A stretch of DNA of 64,000 nt from Selaginella moellendorffii (taxonomy: Eukaryota > Plantae > Lycopodiophyta). The DNA is taken from positions 1 through 64,000 of the forward strand of contig NW_003314409.1 in the NCBI RefSeq assembly GCF_000143415.4. The letters are read 5' to 3'. Below, piece after piece: positions 61,805 to 64,000 of this stretch. Position numbers and translations under genes: made by a program. How positions within the stretch are numbered: position 1 is the first letter of the stretch; the number at the start of each line of letters is the position of its first letter. The notes beneath the pieces were generated by a model. It made no database searches, had not been told where the DNA came from, and saw only the letters and a program-made list of their open reading frames with translations.

Positions 61805-62371
61805 ACAATCCGAATCTGAATCAGAGGAGGCGTGATGGCATGTGGCCTTACGCCATTCCTAGGTGAGATGATACAAATAACAAGTATAAATTCTTAGTTG
61901 TTCTAGCAAATCTTACTTAAAGTTCAAGGTGAACAAGCCGAATATGAATTCATCGGATTGTTATAACAAATTGCGAGGTGATGGCATGAGGCGATACGCC
62001 ATTTGAGAGTGGTAGCCATTCCTATATGAGGTGAGTGAAGTATTTATTAGAAATACCTCATTCAATTGTGCACTTCTAAGTCTTGGTCCACTTAGTACTG
62101 TTTGCATGTTTTTATTTTAATTCTTTATCTAAAATGTTATTTAGCATGTGGCTTCATGCCATTGCTCTCCACAATCATGCATTGAATTTCTATCCTTGCA
62201 TAATACTTCTCCATATATATAGCATGTGCGCACATGTGATATGGTTCATTAGGCCTGATATAGTGTGTGAGGTAAAACAAAGATGATGTGACATATGCAT
62301 TTACCAATCACACGTGCATAAATCTAATAATATGGCGTGTGGCCTATATTAATGGCACATAAACCCATATT

Positions 62372-62731
62372 GTGGGCTTACGTGCTTTATGTACCATCAT
62401 TCCCTTGCAGCGTGTGTGTTGGTTTCCTTTTATAACACAACGAACTCCATATTTTAGGGTGAAGAGCGTTCTCATGGCAAGCACAAAATCTGTAAGTGAG
62501 GCAGAAAAGGAGACGAAGAAGGAGATAGGTGAAGATGTAGAATATATAAGTCTTCCAAACTCCCCGTACTATACTCCAGGTGATCATTTTTCTGAACAAA
62601 CGGCAACATTAACAACTATCGAGAACGCTCCAGTAACGTCAGAGACAACAATCCAAAGCAAAACAACTGACCCGGAGAAGGATGATAGTACCGCTGAGAG
62701 TACCAAAAAGGAGGTGTCCACTAGCGCTTAG
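62372..62731 (+). CDS. Small acidic S/T-rich ORF or terminal exon inside the transposon
   Basis: Open in both copies (mirror at 20067-20426). Preceded by a possible acceptor TTTTAG at ~62457. Confidence 0.3.
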   Translation: MGLRALCTIIPLQRVCWFPFITQRTPYFRVKSVLMASTKSVSEAEKETKKEIGEDVEYISLPNSPYYTPGDHFSEQTATLTTIENAPVTSETTIQSKTTDPEKDDSTAESTKKEVSTSA

Positions 62732-63389
62732 GCTTATAATGGCGTGTGCCCTCATGCCATTTACTTGATCACCAAATACCTTTTTCCCTTTGCACTAGTA
62801 TATCTTAATACCGGTCTGAGAAATAGAATGGCATGTGCCCTCAGGCCTTTTACTAAATCACCTTTGAAAGAAATGCAAGCCTCTATGTCGTAAAAAAAAG
62901 GTACTAGAGAAATTCCTTAATAATATGAATGTTATTTAGTTTCATGAAAATACACTAAGGGTCAAATGAGTTAAATGACTTCTCCAGACTAGCAATGCCT
63001 CTTGCTACACCTTCACAATTAGATTCGTTAGAAAAAGATAACATTGAATAATATCTAAATGTTCTCACCATTAAGTTATATGTCTGGCTAATAGGATTGA
63101 CGTTCATCTTGGAAAGCTCACCACACGCTCAATGAACAAACAAATAGTGTGTGCGCGCATGCCATCGCTCTTCTTTAGCTTCAGATTCGGCTTGTTCACC
63201 TTGACAATGAGATTTATTATACAACCAGATGGACTCAGTCTGGACATAAAGTCACCGCGCTAGTCACCATGCCCCAGATATGTCTAGCCCCTGGACAAAA
63301 AACATATAATTTCACGTCATTTTCAAATACTTGAAAATTTGTACCTAGTCCCATTTTACTGAATAAATCCCACTTTAACGAAATAGAGC

Positions 63390-63802
63390 ATAGTTGAGCT
63401 CTCCAACAATCTTGACGTGCGGATGCGTGCAAACTGCTCCTTGAGCCAAGACCATTTCTCCAGGAGATAACTTATGCTACAACACTCTCCGCTTGACGAT
63501 CTCAATGTGGAAAGATCCACAAAGCTGTCCCACTCATCATAGTTGTAGAAGAAATCATCCTCATACTGCATCTGCAACCTTGCTCGATCCGCCATCACAA
63601 GCTTCTCCCTCATCTTGATCAGCTCACACTTGAGGCGGCAAAACAAGTCCAGGTCCTGAGGAACAACAATGGAATACACCTTTCCCGGGTACCTGTCTCG
63701 AAACCTGTGAAAGTACAGTGGACGATGTGGTGTTTCAGATCGCAGCGGAATGATAACTTGATGAAAGCAACAAAACCATCGAGCTCGCTCTTTGGGGATC
63801 AA
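63390..63802 (-). CDS. Unidentified reading frame cut by the transposon right end
   Basis: ORF 63356-63802 runs into the TIR and stops within it. No recognisable domain. Confidence 0.3.
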
Positions 63803-64000
63803 TTACCATTTCCTCCTTTGAAGCAATGAGCAGCAGGCCTTGATCGCATCCAGAAGTACTAGAGATAGTCTGAAAAAGCAAGTTTGACACCAGTTATTTT
63901 GGCACACAGAAGAAAAATAAACTCAAGTTTCAAAATTTATAGAGATCCATACAATCCAAATCAAGATCAATCCTCCACGAATTTAATACCGCTTTCAGCA

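Larger units (their letters stand above)
42262..63389 (+). mobile_element. Large TIR DNA transposon, Sola1-like, carrying a cargo gene (~13.8 kb excluding the nested chromovirus)
   Basis: 22-bp perfect TIRs GCTCTATTTCGTTAAAGTGGGA (42262-42283) and TCCCACTTTAACGAAATAGAGC (63368-63389). DDE transposase inside. Right end confirmed by the second copy at 19409. No unambiguous TSD. Confidence 0.85.

Noticed and set aside
42637-63165. CRISPR-like reading of the palindromic repeats
   Set aside because: Spacing is irregular (tens to thousands of bp), copies lie in introns and exons, there are no cas genes and the context is eukaryotic.

Overview
Eukaryotic, transposon-rich plant nuclear DNA. A lycophyte such as Selaginella is inferred from the ~50-nt introns, the PLS-PPR genes with a WW-type DYW domain and a Selgy-like retroelement. 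Host genes are one intact DYW-PPR gene (2819-5884) and one frameshifted PPR pseudogene (28626-29992). The rest is nested mobile DNA: two PIF/Harbinger copies, a complete non-chromovirus Ty3/gypsy with extra ORFs (7791-18875), several decayed gypsy pieces, a TRIM, and a very young chromovirus (46967-54319). The most striking structure is a TIR-bounded DNA transposon (42262-63389; ~13.8 kb without the nested chromovirus). It carries a Sola1-like DDE transposase and a divergently transcribed 11-exon cargo gene that splices in frame to ~1636 aa (ParB-like domain, degenerate N6/N4-methyltransferase-like domain, acidic/Pro-rich linker, FCP1/NIF-type HAD domain). The element is also studded with ~30 copies of a 22-bp palindrome, ATGGCRTG-N6-CAYGCCAT, suggesting a self-targeting ParB/parS-like or VANC-like chromatin system. 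A second highlight is the DYW-PPR gene: its near-identical 333-bp repeats vary at RNA-specificity residues, and its N-terminus hides an OSB-type PDF motif. All domain calls are by eye from motifs; no searches were run.
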